Assembly: GCA_004431415.1 (NCBI GenBank)
Contig: QPMI01000283.1
Span: 1 to 64,000, forward strand
DNA: 64,000 nt
Direction: 5' to 3'
From: Cyanophora paradoxa CCMP329
Lineage: Eukaryota > Plantae > Glaucophyta
The position numbers and the translations under genes are program-made. Under the pieces are notes generated by a model. The model made no database searches. It was not told the DNA's origin and saw only the letters and a list, made by a program, of their open reading frames with translations. Positions 13,320 to 23,900 of the stretch are shown piece after piece; positions within the stretch are counted from its first letter, which is position 1, and every line of letters starts with the position of its first letter.

Positions 13320-13587
13320 GCCGCCCCCGCCGCCCTCAGCCGCCCCCCTCGCCCACCCCGACCCCCCCACCCCCCACCCACCCATCCCCCGACCCCCAAC
13401 CGAGCACCGAGAACCGGGCGCCGAGCACCGTCGACGTTACTTTTCAGTCGAAAGAAGCAGGTCTGCGAGGGCCGCAGACGGGCGAGCCGCGCCGGAGCGA
13501 GGAGGGAGGCGAGCGCGGCGAGGAGAAGGGCTAGAGGGCTGGGCGCGGCAGGGGAGGGGGCCCGAGCGGGGCCCCGGGGCGGGGCGG

Positions 13588-14293
13588 TCAGGCGATGCCG
13601 AAGTACTGGAGGACGAGCTCCTCGCTGGGGTGCGTGTTCCGCACCTCGTGCCGCTCCAGCGGCTGCCCACCCCTTACGCTCTCGGCCCCGGCGCGCGGGC
13701 GGGGCGGGGCGGGGGGACCTTGACGGTGACGCAGGTGCCGGGCCGGAGCTCGATGGCGACGCCGTCCACGCTGATCTCCCCCGCCCCCGCCACGCAGAAG
13801 AACACCTCGTGCATGTCCTGGCCCCGGCCCCCGCAAGCTCGCCGCCCCCGTGCGCCCAGCCTGGCAGCCTCGGCCGCGGCGGCGCCGGCCGCGGCGGACC
13901 TTGTGCACGTGCTCCTTCGCAACCTGGCCCGGCTGCAGCCTCGACCGCGCGTAGTTCGTCTGCGCCGACAGCCCCGGCCCCGGCGCAGAGCGCACAGCTT
14001 AGCTCCCGCGCGGCTCGCTCCAGCGCGTAGCTGCAGCGGACCAGGTGAGGGACGACTCCATTTCGAATCAGCGTCTTCTTCGGGATCCCGTCGCCGTGAG
14101 AGACGACCTCGGTGGGCAAATCTACGGCAGCTAGCGCTCAGCTGCGCGTCACTGCGGCCGCGCACTATGGGATTCGATCCACCCGAATTCGGGAGCGTCG
14201 CGTCGGCGCCGCGCCGTGAATCTTGACGGAGCGCGACGGTGCGCGACAGGGCGGGGCGCGTCGCGCACCTTCAAGGTTCACAACGTCTGGCAT
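13588..14293 (-). CDS. Small cupin_2 domain protein
   Basis: Spliced sequence: MPDVVNLEDLPTEVVSHGDGIPKKTLIRNGVVPHL-TNYARSRLQPGQVAKEHVHK-DMHEVFFCVAGAGEISVDGVAIELRPGTCVTVK-PLERHEVRNTHPSEELVLQYFGIA*. The cupin metal ligands HxHxxxxE and H are present. Confidence 0.88.
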
Positions 14294-14422
14294 GGAGGGT
14301 AGCGTCGCGGAGTGCAGCTATATAGGCGCTGTGGTTTGGATCAGCGCGGACAGCGTACCCGGCGGGCGGGGATACACGGAAGAAGCAAAGTCAGGCGCCG
14401 GTAGGAAGCGAACTCGGCAGAC
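14294..14422. promoter_or_regulatory. Putative bidirectional promoter cupin / SERRATE
   Basis: A 129-bp spacer lies between divergent ATGs and contains CTATATAG at about 14318-14325. Confidence 0.55.
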
Positions 14423-17262
14423 ATGGAACGCTCGCCGAGGCGCTCGCGTTCGAGGAGCTTCAGCCCTCGGAAGCGGCGGCGCGACAGCCCAGACTACACT
14501 CGCGGCGGCACCGACGACCGCGGACGGCGGAGCCCGCCGCCCGGCCCTCCCCCGGAGCGTGGAGGAAGCCCTCCTCGCGGGCGCGGCCCTCCGCGTTACG
14601 ACGACTTCCGCGGCGGAGGCTATGACCGGCGCGATCCGCCGCCGTACAAGCGCATTCGACGAGACGATTACGGCGGTCCTCCGCGTGACTGGTGAGTTGA
14701 TTTCGTTGACAGCGCGTCTAGCTACTCCCGCCTCGAGCGCCGAGGAATGGCCGATGGCCGCCGCCGCCGGGCTTTCACGAGCGCGCCGGCGGTCTGCATG
14801 CTCAAGGAATCGCGAATCTCGAACTCTGCGTGGCGCTCAAAAAGCGCTGACCGCGACCTTCCCGCAGGGATCCCGGCTACGACGATTACAGGGGCCGTGG
14901 CCCGCCACCCGGCTACGACCGCGGCCCGCCGCCGTACGGCCCCCCTCCGGATCGGTACGGACCGCCCCCGGACCGCTACGACGATCGGTACGGCCCGCGC
15001 GGGCCGCCCGACTTCTACGACGGTCCTCCTCGCGGCGACTTTCCGTACCGCGGCCGTGGCGGGCCCCCGATGCGGTTTGTCTCTTGTCTCTCCTTCCTTA
15101 ATTCCTTTTCTGCGCGGTGGCGGGTCGCGGCGGGCGCGGCGTGACGCTGGGCGGGGGCAGGGGCGGGCCGGGGCGTGGCGGGCCGCGAGACGAGCCGATG
15201 ACGTACAAGGAGTTCCTGCTGACGCAGGACGACAACATCACGCCGGCGGAGGCCGAGCGGCGGTACGGGGAGTACCAGGCGGAGCTGGGGCGGCGCGATT
15301 CGCGGCGCTTCTTCGTGGACCGGCGCGGGGACGAGTTCATGCGGGAGAAGTACGACCCGGAGTACCTCGAGCGCGCCCGCGCCGAGCGCGCCGAGCGCGC
15401 CCGGGCCGCCCGCGAGTCCTTCGCGGCGCGCCTCGCCGCCGGCGCCGCTTTCGCCTTCGACTACGACGGGCCCCTCGCCGCCTCCGCCCTCAAGCCCGCC
15501 CGCCCGCCTCCCAGGCCCCAAGCGTCCGCCCCCTCCGCCCCCGCGCCTTCGCCCGCCCCGCCCGACGCCGCGCAGCGGAGGGCGAGGAGAAGCCGCCGGC
15601 AGCGCCGGCGGAGGGCGAGGAGAAGTGCGCTGCGCGCGGGGCGCTGCGGGCGCTGGGGGCGGGCGGCTGATAGGGGGCGGCGTGGCGCAGGGCGGCGGCG
15701 GTGGCGGAGGGCCGGAGGAGGCGGGGCCGTACACGGTGGAGGTCCCGGAGCTGCCGCCGCACGTTCCCCGCGCCGAGCTCCGCGCCGCCCTGGAGGCCTG
15801 CGGGCGGCTGCTCCAGCTGCGGCTCGGGGCGCCGGTGAAGGCGCGCGGGTGGAGCCGGACGGCGCTGGCGACCTTCGAGGAGCGGGCGGGGATGGAGGCG
15901 GCGCTCGCCGCCCTCCCCGGCAAGGAGCTCAAGGGCTTCGCCCTCACCGCCGCCCCCTACCGCTGGCCCCCCACCGACGCCTCCGCCCCCGTCCTCCAGG
16001 AGCTCAAGGCCCGCCCCGCCCCGCCCCGCCCCGCCCCGGGCCCCCGCGGGGCTGAGGCGCCGCAGGTGGCGCCGTCGGTGGCGTCGGAGGCGGGGCGGGT
16101 GGAGAAGGACCTGGCGACGGCGCGCCGCCTGGTTGCGGCGCTGGACGGCGAGGCGGGGCTGGCGCCGCTGGAGGAGCTGGGGGCGGGGCCCGGGGAGGGC
16201 AAGGCGGCGCTCGACCGCCTCCTCGCCTACCTGCGGGAGGTCCACTGCTTCTGCCTCTACTGCGGCGAGCAGTTCGAGGACCCGGGCGAGCTGGCGCGTC
16301 CCCCGGCCCCGCCCTCCCCTCCGCCCCCGCCCTCCCCTCCGCCCCCGGCACCGGCGCCGGGGCTGACGGGCGGGCGTGCGCGGGCGCAGCTGGTGGGGTG
16401 CGGGCGGCAGCACGTGCGCAAGGTGAAGGCGGGGTTCGGGGAGAGCCTGGAGGGGGAGGCGGCGGCGGGGCAGAGCCCCTGGGAGCGCCGCGTCGACGAG
16501 GGCGCCGAGGCGCGCATCAAGCGCGTCGAGGCCGACTCCGCCGCCGCCGCCCGCCGCGCCGCCGCCGAAGAGAGATGCGCCCCACCCGCCCGACCCCCCG
16601 CCCGCCCCCGGGCCGCTCGCTCGGGCGGGGCGTCTTACCCGCGGGGGCGCACGGCGGTGGAGGGGTTCTGCGGGGAGAACACGAAGATGGTGGAGGCGGA
16701 GAAGTACCGGTGCGTGCAGTGCACGAAGCTCTTCAAGGGGCCCGAGTTCGTGGGCAAGCACATCCGCAACAAGCACGAGGACAAGATCAACGAGCTCAAG
16801 GCCAAGGCCCGCCCCGCCCCGCCCCGCCACGCCCCGCTCCTCGTCGGGGGTTGACGGGCGCGGGGGCGGGGGCAGCTGCGGGAGGATGCGGCGGCGGAGG
16901 CGTACCTCGCGGACCCGCGCCGCCTGCTCCCCTCGGGCCTCCCCAACGACCCCGACGCCGCCCCCCGCCCCGAGCGCCCCGAGCGCCCCGAGCGCCCCGC
17001 GCACCGCGACTTCGTCCCGGCAGCGACCGCGAGTTCGGCCGCCCCGGCGGCTACCGCGGCCGGGCGGCGGCGGCTACCGCGGGGGGGCGGCGGCTTCCGG
17101 GGAGGGCGGGGCGGGCGGGGGCCGCCGGCGCTGGGGGGCCCGATCCCGCCGCGGGGCCCGGCGGACCCGCGTGCGGGGCGGCAGCGGGACTACGTGGACC
17201 TCGACAACCTCGCCGAGGGCGACGTCGCCCCCCTCTCCCTCTCCTTCGGGGGCGCCCCCTGA
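14423..17262 (+). CDS. SRRT: SERRATE/ARS2 RNA effector protein
   Basis: The N-terminus is RS/RD-rich. Recognised segments are MTYKEFLLTQDDNITPAEAERRYGEY...EFMREKYDP, an RRM-like region, LDRLLAYLREVHCFCLYCG, the C2H2 finger KYRCVQCTKLFKGPEFVGKHIRNKH, and C-terminal RDYVDLD. TGA is at 17260-17262. Confidence 0.95.
16575..16652 (+). other. Probable AT-AC intron (78 nt) in SERRATE/ARS2
   Basis: Junctions are GAGAG|ATGCGCCCC...GTCTTACCCGCGGGGGCGCAC|GGCGGTG. The segment has the C-rich-to-G-rich composition of neighbouring introns and contains no internal AG. Removing it gives AAEERAVEGFCGENTK just before the zinc finger. Confidence 0.65.
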
Positions 17263-17660
17263 GGCCCCCCCCCCCCCCCCCCCGCCCCCACCCGCCCCCC
17301 GGCCCGGGGCGCCCCCAGCACCCTCCCCTCTCTCTTTATCTCTCTCCCTCTCGAATGCCAATTCCTGCGTTCCCTCTCACGGGTCGGCTCACCATGGCCT
17401 CGCTCTGGTGTGAAGATGGGCGGGGAGCCCCCGCGGGACGACTCGCGATGACTCCGGCTCCCCAACTTGGGCGTGCGCGTGCACTGTGTTGGCCCACGCA
17501 AGGCGCGGCCCAGAGGGACAGGTAAACAGTGACGTGAGATCAAGAGCCCGCCCCTCCCCTCATGCATCGCCGCCGGGCGCGCGGGCCCGGGGTTGCACAT
17601 GCGCGTCGGGGGTTCCACACGATGATCGGCACACGGATTTGAAAACCTAGGCCTGTGTGT

Positions 17661-17703
17661 GACATTTGAAAGAGAACTAGAGATCGACATTTGAAAGAGA
17701 ACT
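17661..17703. repeat. Perfect 18-bp direct repeat GACATTTGAAAGAGAACT x2 in AT-richer intergenic DNA
   Basis: Copies are at 17661-17678 and 17686-17703, separated by a 7-bp spacer. Confidence 0.8.
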
Positions 17704-17991
17704 GGGGATCGAAAAAAGCATCATCACGCCGTGAAGGCATCTATAGGTAAAGCTGGTCTGCGAATTCGCGATCGGAGGCTTGACCTAGGCCTGCGGCCTT
17801 GAACTTGAAAGCTCAAGCATTAGAAGATGACTCTAGCTTCAAGGCTTGGCAGACTGGGCGGAACGATCGCGAGCAAATGTCGAAAATTGAAGCAAGATCG
17901 AAACACGTATGCACGTATGTACGCACACCCACAACTGGCTATGGGATCCAAGTGTATCTTCCCAGAACCGCGCGGAGAGCGGGGTGCGGGC

Positions 17992-20900
17992 CTAAAGGGT
18001 CTGCACGAGGGTCTCCAGCTCGTCGGCCGGCGGCGAGCCGGCCCGGGCCGGCGGTGCCTCGGCGTGGGGGGCGGGGGCGGCGGGGGCCGGGGCAGGCCCA
18101 GGCGGGCGGGAGGGGTGGCGGGGCGGGGGCCCGGAGCATGGCGCGGAGGAGGGCGGCCTCGACGGCGGCGGGGACGGGGCCTCGGGGGGGCGGGGCGGCG
18201 GCGCCCAGCACCTCGAACTCGGGCTCGAGGCCCCCGACGCCCTCCAGCCCCTCCAGCCCCGCCACGCTCCGCGCCCGGCCCCGCACCCCCGCGGGGGCGG
18301 GGCGGGGCGCGGGGAGGGGGCGGCGGAGGCGGGGCGGGTGGGCGGGGCGCTGAAGAGGAGGCTGCTGGGCCCCGGCGAGGCGGAGGAGGAGGAGCGCGAG
18401 GAGGCGCCCCCCGTGGGGAGGAGAGCAGGCGGGCCGCCCCGCCGGGCCGCCCCGCCCCCGCGCTCGAGGCGAAGGAGGCGGAGGCGCTGGCGGGGCCGCC
18501 GGCGGGCGGGGGGCCAGCCCCTCGGGCTGCTCGTCGGGGGCGGCGCCCTTGGCGAGGATCGCCTCCGCCATCTTCCCGAAGCCGACGGCGCCGGCCGCGT
18601 TGAGGGGCGAGGCGCCGCCGACGGGGAGGCGGCCAGGGCCGGCGCGGGGGGAGCCGGCCTCGGAGTCCTCCCCCTCCTCCCCGCCGTGCCGCGCAGTGAG
18701 GGCCCCGTACCTGCGCCCCGCCCGCCCCGGCCCCGTCGGCCCCCAAAGCGCGGGGCGGGGCGGGGGCGGGCCGGGGGCGCACGCGTGCTTGGCGAGGAGG
18801 CCGACGCGGCGGAAGGTGGCGGCGGCCGCGGGGCCCTCGGCGGGGCGGGACCAGGCGGGGTCGGCGGCGAGGCGGGCGCGGAAGGTGGCGGCGGCGGCGG
18901 CGCCCGAGGCGGCGAGGTTGCGGAGGACGACGAAGGCGACCATGGCGAGGAAGGCGAGGTTCAGGCCCAGCAGGCAGACCGTCACCGCCATCGTGTCCGC
19001 CTCCGTGAGGTCCGGGCCCGTCAGGAAGATCCCGCTGTAGATGGTCGTCGTCGACGCGAAGAGGGCGAGGTTGTCGACGAGGTTCAGGCGCCGCGTCTCC
19101 CACGGCTTCATCACGAGGTTCATCGAGAAGAAGAAGACGAGGACGCCGAAGCCGAGGAGGCTCTGGATCAGCTGCCGCCCCTCGAAGAAGACCACCACGA
19201 AGCCGATCACCAGCTTCCGCACCAGCGACACCGTCTCCCAGTACAGCCGCTGCGCGCCCGCCCCGGCCCCCTCAGCGCCGGGCCGGCGGGGCAGGGCGGG
19301 GGCGGGGGGAAGCGGGGCGAGGCGGGCCTCCCTGCGGTAGCCCTTGAAGAGGAAGCTGAACTTGCGGCGGAAGGCGAGCTCCCGCACCCGGTGCTTGTTC
19401 TGCCCGCCCGCCCGGCGTGAGGCCCGCGCCGGCTTGGCCGGCCCTGGCGGCGCTGGCTCACGCGGAGGAGGAGGAGGAAGACGGCGACGGGGAGGCCGAG
19501 GCCGAAGGCGAGGAGGCAGGGGACCGTGACGGCGAGGAGCCAGAGGCGGTACCCCGCCGAGGCGCACCCGATCGACATCTCCCGCTTCAGCACCAGCGTC
19601 CCGTTCCCCACGTCGATGCACCCGAACATCCGGAACTGCGCGCCCGCGCCCCTCAGCCGGCGCGGGCGGACGTGGCGCGGGGAGGGGCCGAGGGGCGCGC
19701 CAGCTGCTGCGTCACGGTGGGGTAGACGAGGAAGATCGTCACTGTTGCGGGGCTCGCCGCGTCAGCGACGAGGAGGCGGGGGGGGAGCGGGGCGGGGGCG
19801 CACCGAGGGCGGCGGAGACCCAGTAGTCGAGGGCGAGGCGCAGCGGGCGGTGGGCGACGGGGTCCGCCCCCGGCAGCTCCACCGGCGCCACCCCCGCCCG
19901 CGACACGATCGTCGGCGCGAGCGAGGCCGGCGGCGAAGGGCTGCGCGAGGGGCCCGCCCCCGCGTGGAAGGAGATGCCGCGGGGCTTGCCCGCCCTGCCC
20001 GCCGCCCCCTTCACCGCCGCCGCCTCCTCCTCCTCCTCCTCCTCGTCGTCGCGGGGGCGGGAGGCGAGCTCGAGGGGGGCGGGGTCCGCCGCCCCCGTCG
20101 CCTCCTCCACGGGCACCCCCGCCCGATACTGCACCGCCCCCGCGCTGCCCCGCCGCCCCGCCGGCTGCTTCGCCTGCAGCGCCGCCAGGTCCAGCTGCAG
20201 CGAGAGCGTCCGCCGCACACCGACCCCCCGCGCCCCGGCCCCCGCCTTCGCCGCACCCTCCCCCTCCGGATCCCCCTCTCCCGGCGCCGCCTTGGGGCGC
20301 GTGGGAGCGGAGGCGGGGGCGGGAAGGGGCGCGACGCGGGCGGCGGGGGCGGGGAGGGGGGCGTGGCGCTGGCTGAGGAGGCGGTAGGCGCCCCAGGGGA
20401 GAAACACTAGGCCTGGAAAGATGGAGACAAAAATTGGAAGTAGGAGGATGAAGACGAGGCGGGCGTAGAAGGGGTGCATGGCGCCGCCCTCGAAGGACAT
20501 GATGCAGTCGACGGAGAAGACGGAGTCCACGGGCGAGCTCGCCGCCCGCTGCACGTCGAAGAAGAACTGCATCGAGAAGGTCCACGGCTGCAGGGTGCGC
20601 GGGGCGCGCCACGTCAGAATCCGCAGCGGGGCGGGGCGGGGCCGGCCGGCGGGGCGGGGCGGGGCGCACGATCTCGAAGTTCTTGGCGAGGGTGATGATC
20701 TGCAGGTAGTCCTGCGCCCGCCGCCCCGCCCCCGTCAGCGCGCGGCGCCGCGGAGCGCCGGAGCGCCTCGCCGGGCTTGCCATCACGATCTTGACGAGGA
20801 CGGATGTCTCGGAGAGGCGGACGCGGCTGGAGCTCGAGAGGTTCGACCAGATCATGAAGCCGGCGACCACGCTGCGGGGCGCGGCGTCAGCGCCGCGGCG

Positions 20901-23900
20901 GCGGGCCGGCGGCCACGCGCCCGGCGGGCCCACCAGATGATGAAGGCCATGAGAGCGCCCTGCGCGGCGTCGCCGATCAGGCGGGGCCGGCGGGCGCGGG
21001 GAAGGCTGGGTGGGCGTGCCATGCCGCGATTTGTCGCGGGGTCGGGGCACTTGACGCAGTCGTAGTCCCCGCGCCGCCCGTACCCCTCCTGGCACACCGT
21101 GCACAGCGGGCCTCCGAAGCTGCCGCCCCCGCCCGCGTCGAACGAGCTGTGGCGGCCGCGGGGCGGGCGAGGGGGCGGGGGCGGACCCCTCGGCGCAGGG
21201 GGTGTGGTTGCGGGCGAGGGCGGCGGCGTTCGGGACGCCGACCGCCGGCGCCAGGCACTGACCCTGCCGCCCCGCCCGCCCCGCGTCGGGATTGCGAGGG
21301 CGGCGGGGGCGGGGGCGGGTGCCGGGGGCTGGCGCACGTTGAGGCACTTGATGAAGGTGGTGGCGTTGTAGGAGGACTGCCAGTACCCCTCCGCGGGGCG
21401 CAGCAGGTCGCCCCCGAAGCATGCCCCGCCCCGCGGGCACCTGCCCGCGCCAAACCCAAGCCCCGCCTTACGCACGGCGAGGCGGGGCGGGGCGGGGCGA
21501 GGCGGGGCGCTGGGCGCACGGGCGGCACTCGGTGGCGTCCTTGAGGGCGTTGTCGAGGAGGGAGTAGCTGCCAGGCGGGCACCAGGTGCACACCGAGCTG
21601 AGCGGCAGCTGCACCTCGCCCACCACGCACCCCCGCAGCGGCACCTCCACCGCCGCCCGCAGCGCCGCCCGCCCCGCCGCTTGCAGCACGAACGTGATCC
21701 GCTGCCGCCCCGCGTCAGGGGCGCCCGCGCGTGCGTGGGGCGGGGCAGGGCGCGGGGCGGGGCGGACGGGGGAGGAGCCCGGGCGGGAGATGACGACGAG
21801 GGCGTCGAAGGTCGCCACGCCGCGCACCGTCGCCGCCACCACGCTCCCCTTCAGCGCCGCCTCCCCCGCCCCCGTCCCGTTCCACGCCGCGGGGGCGGCG
21901 GGGCCGTCGAGGTCGGCGAGGGCGGCGGCGTCGAAGGCTTTCACCGCGCTCCCGGAGTCGGAGAGCAGGCGCGCCCCGTACCCGTCCACCAGCTCCGCCG
22001 CGAACGCCACCGCCTCGCCCGACGCCGGCCGCCCCGTCGCCAGCGCCACCCGCAGCGCCTTCTCCTCCGTCCCGCACCCCGCCCCGTACCCCGCCGCGTT
22101 GCCGGCGAGGGCGGCGCAGGGGGCGGGGCGAAGGCGGGGCAGCGGGGGCCGGGGCGGGGTCGGAGAGGAAGAAGGCGCCGCCGCCGGCCCGCGCCGCGTT
22201 CCCCGCCACCGACGCTGCCGCGAGCGAGACGGCGTCGCAGTCCGGGGGCAGGGCGAGGTGACCGGCGCCGCCCCGCTCGGCGGCGTTCCCCTCGAGGGCG
22301 GTGCCGGCGACCTCGAGGCGCGCCCAGGCCCTCCCGCGGCGGGGGCGCCGTACGCGAAGCCGCCCCGTTGCGGGCGCCGCGATTGCCGGCGAGGGAGCCG
22401 CCCACGAGGCGCAGCGCGCCGCCCGAGACGTGCGCGCCGCCCCCGTCCGTCGCGTTGTTGCCCGCCACGGCGGCGAGGGCCACGCGCAGGCCGCCCGACG
22501 AGAGGAGGATGCCGCCGCCGGCCCCGCCGGCCCGGTTGCCCGACACCGCACCGCCCTCCACCGCCGAGCGCTCGCAGCTCGTCGCCACCCGCAGCGCCCC
22601 GCCGTCCCCGCTGCGCGCGGGCGCGTGAGGCGGGGTGGGGCGGGTGGGGCGGGTGGGGCGGGGCGGGGCGGACGCGGCGACGTTGGCCTCGAGGGTGCAG
22701 GCGACGAGGGCGACGCAGGCGGCGTCGGCGACGTCCACGCCGGCCCCGGCGCCCCCGCCCCGCCCGTCCGAGACCCGGTTGCCCGCCACGCGCGAGGCCG
22801 CCGCGGCGAAGGCGCAGGCGCCGGCGGCGGAGACGGCGCCGCCGCGGTCGCCGGCGGCGTTGCCGGCGAGCGTCGCCCCGTCGCGTTCACCGCCGCGTCG
22901 TCGGCGCAGTGCAGCGCCCCGCCGCGCTGCGCGGCCCGGTTGCCGCCCGCCGCCGTCTCCGCGAGCGTCACCGCCGCCGCGTGCAGCGCCGAGATCGCCC
23001 CCTGCGCCGCCCCCGGCGCTCGGGGCGAGGCGTGGCGCGGGGCTGAGGCGGGGGCGGACCCCCTGGGCGGCGGCGTTGGCGCGGAAGGAGGAGGCGGTGA
23101 CGGCCACGCGGGTCGAGCGCGTCACCGAGAGCGCCCCCTGCGCCCGCCGCCCCCCGTCGGAGCGCGTCGGGGGGCGTCCTGGGCGACGCGGAGCGGGGCG
23201 GGGCGGGGGCGCGGGGCGGCGCACGCCGGAGACGGTGGCGGTGTTGTTCTCGAAGGAGCAGGCGGCGAGGGCGTTGCGCGTGCCCGGCGAGGTGATGGCG
23301 AGGGCGAGGGCGCCCCCCGCCGAGTCGTACCCGACCGCACCGTTCCCCACGAAGGCGCTCCGCTCGGCGGCCACGCTCGCGTCGCCCTCGGCGGCGACGG
23401 CGCCGCCGTCCGAGTGGGAGTGGCAGCCGTGCAGCTCGGCCCCCGCGAGGGCGAGGGCGGCGGAGGAGACGAAGATGGCGCCGCCGGGCCCGTCGCTCGA
23501 GGCGCCGTGCACGCTCGAGTTCTCCACGCGCAGCGCGCACCGCCCCGCGAGGGCCACCGCGCCCCCGGCCCCCGTCGCCGCGCTCCCCTCGAGGGCCACG
23601 CGCGTGAGCAGCACGTGGGCGGTGCCGCCGGCGAGAGGGCTCGGGACGGTGGCGGCCGAGGCGCCGGCGGGGGCGCAGTCGGTGACGGCGGCGAAGCCAC
23701 CGTGGGCCTGGGGGCGGAGGTGGCGGTGCGGGCGGCGGTGGAGTCGGCGAGGGCGACGACGGCGCCTGCGAGGTAGAGGGCGCCCCCGCCCTGCGCCCCC
23801 CACGCCCCGTTGATGGCGAGGCGCCGCGCCGTCACCGCCGTCGGGGCCGCCGCGTAGAGGAAGCCGCCGCGGTCCGCCCGCGAGTCCGTCGCCGCCACGT

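Noticed and set aside
17265-17283. Poly-C run after the SERRATE stop
   Set aside because: C-rich tracts follow the stop codon of many genes here, so this is treated as part of the general skew pattern rather than a distinct element.
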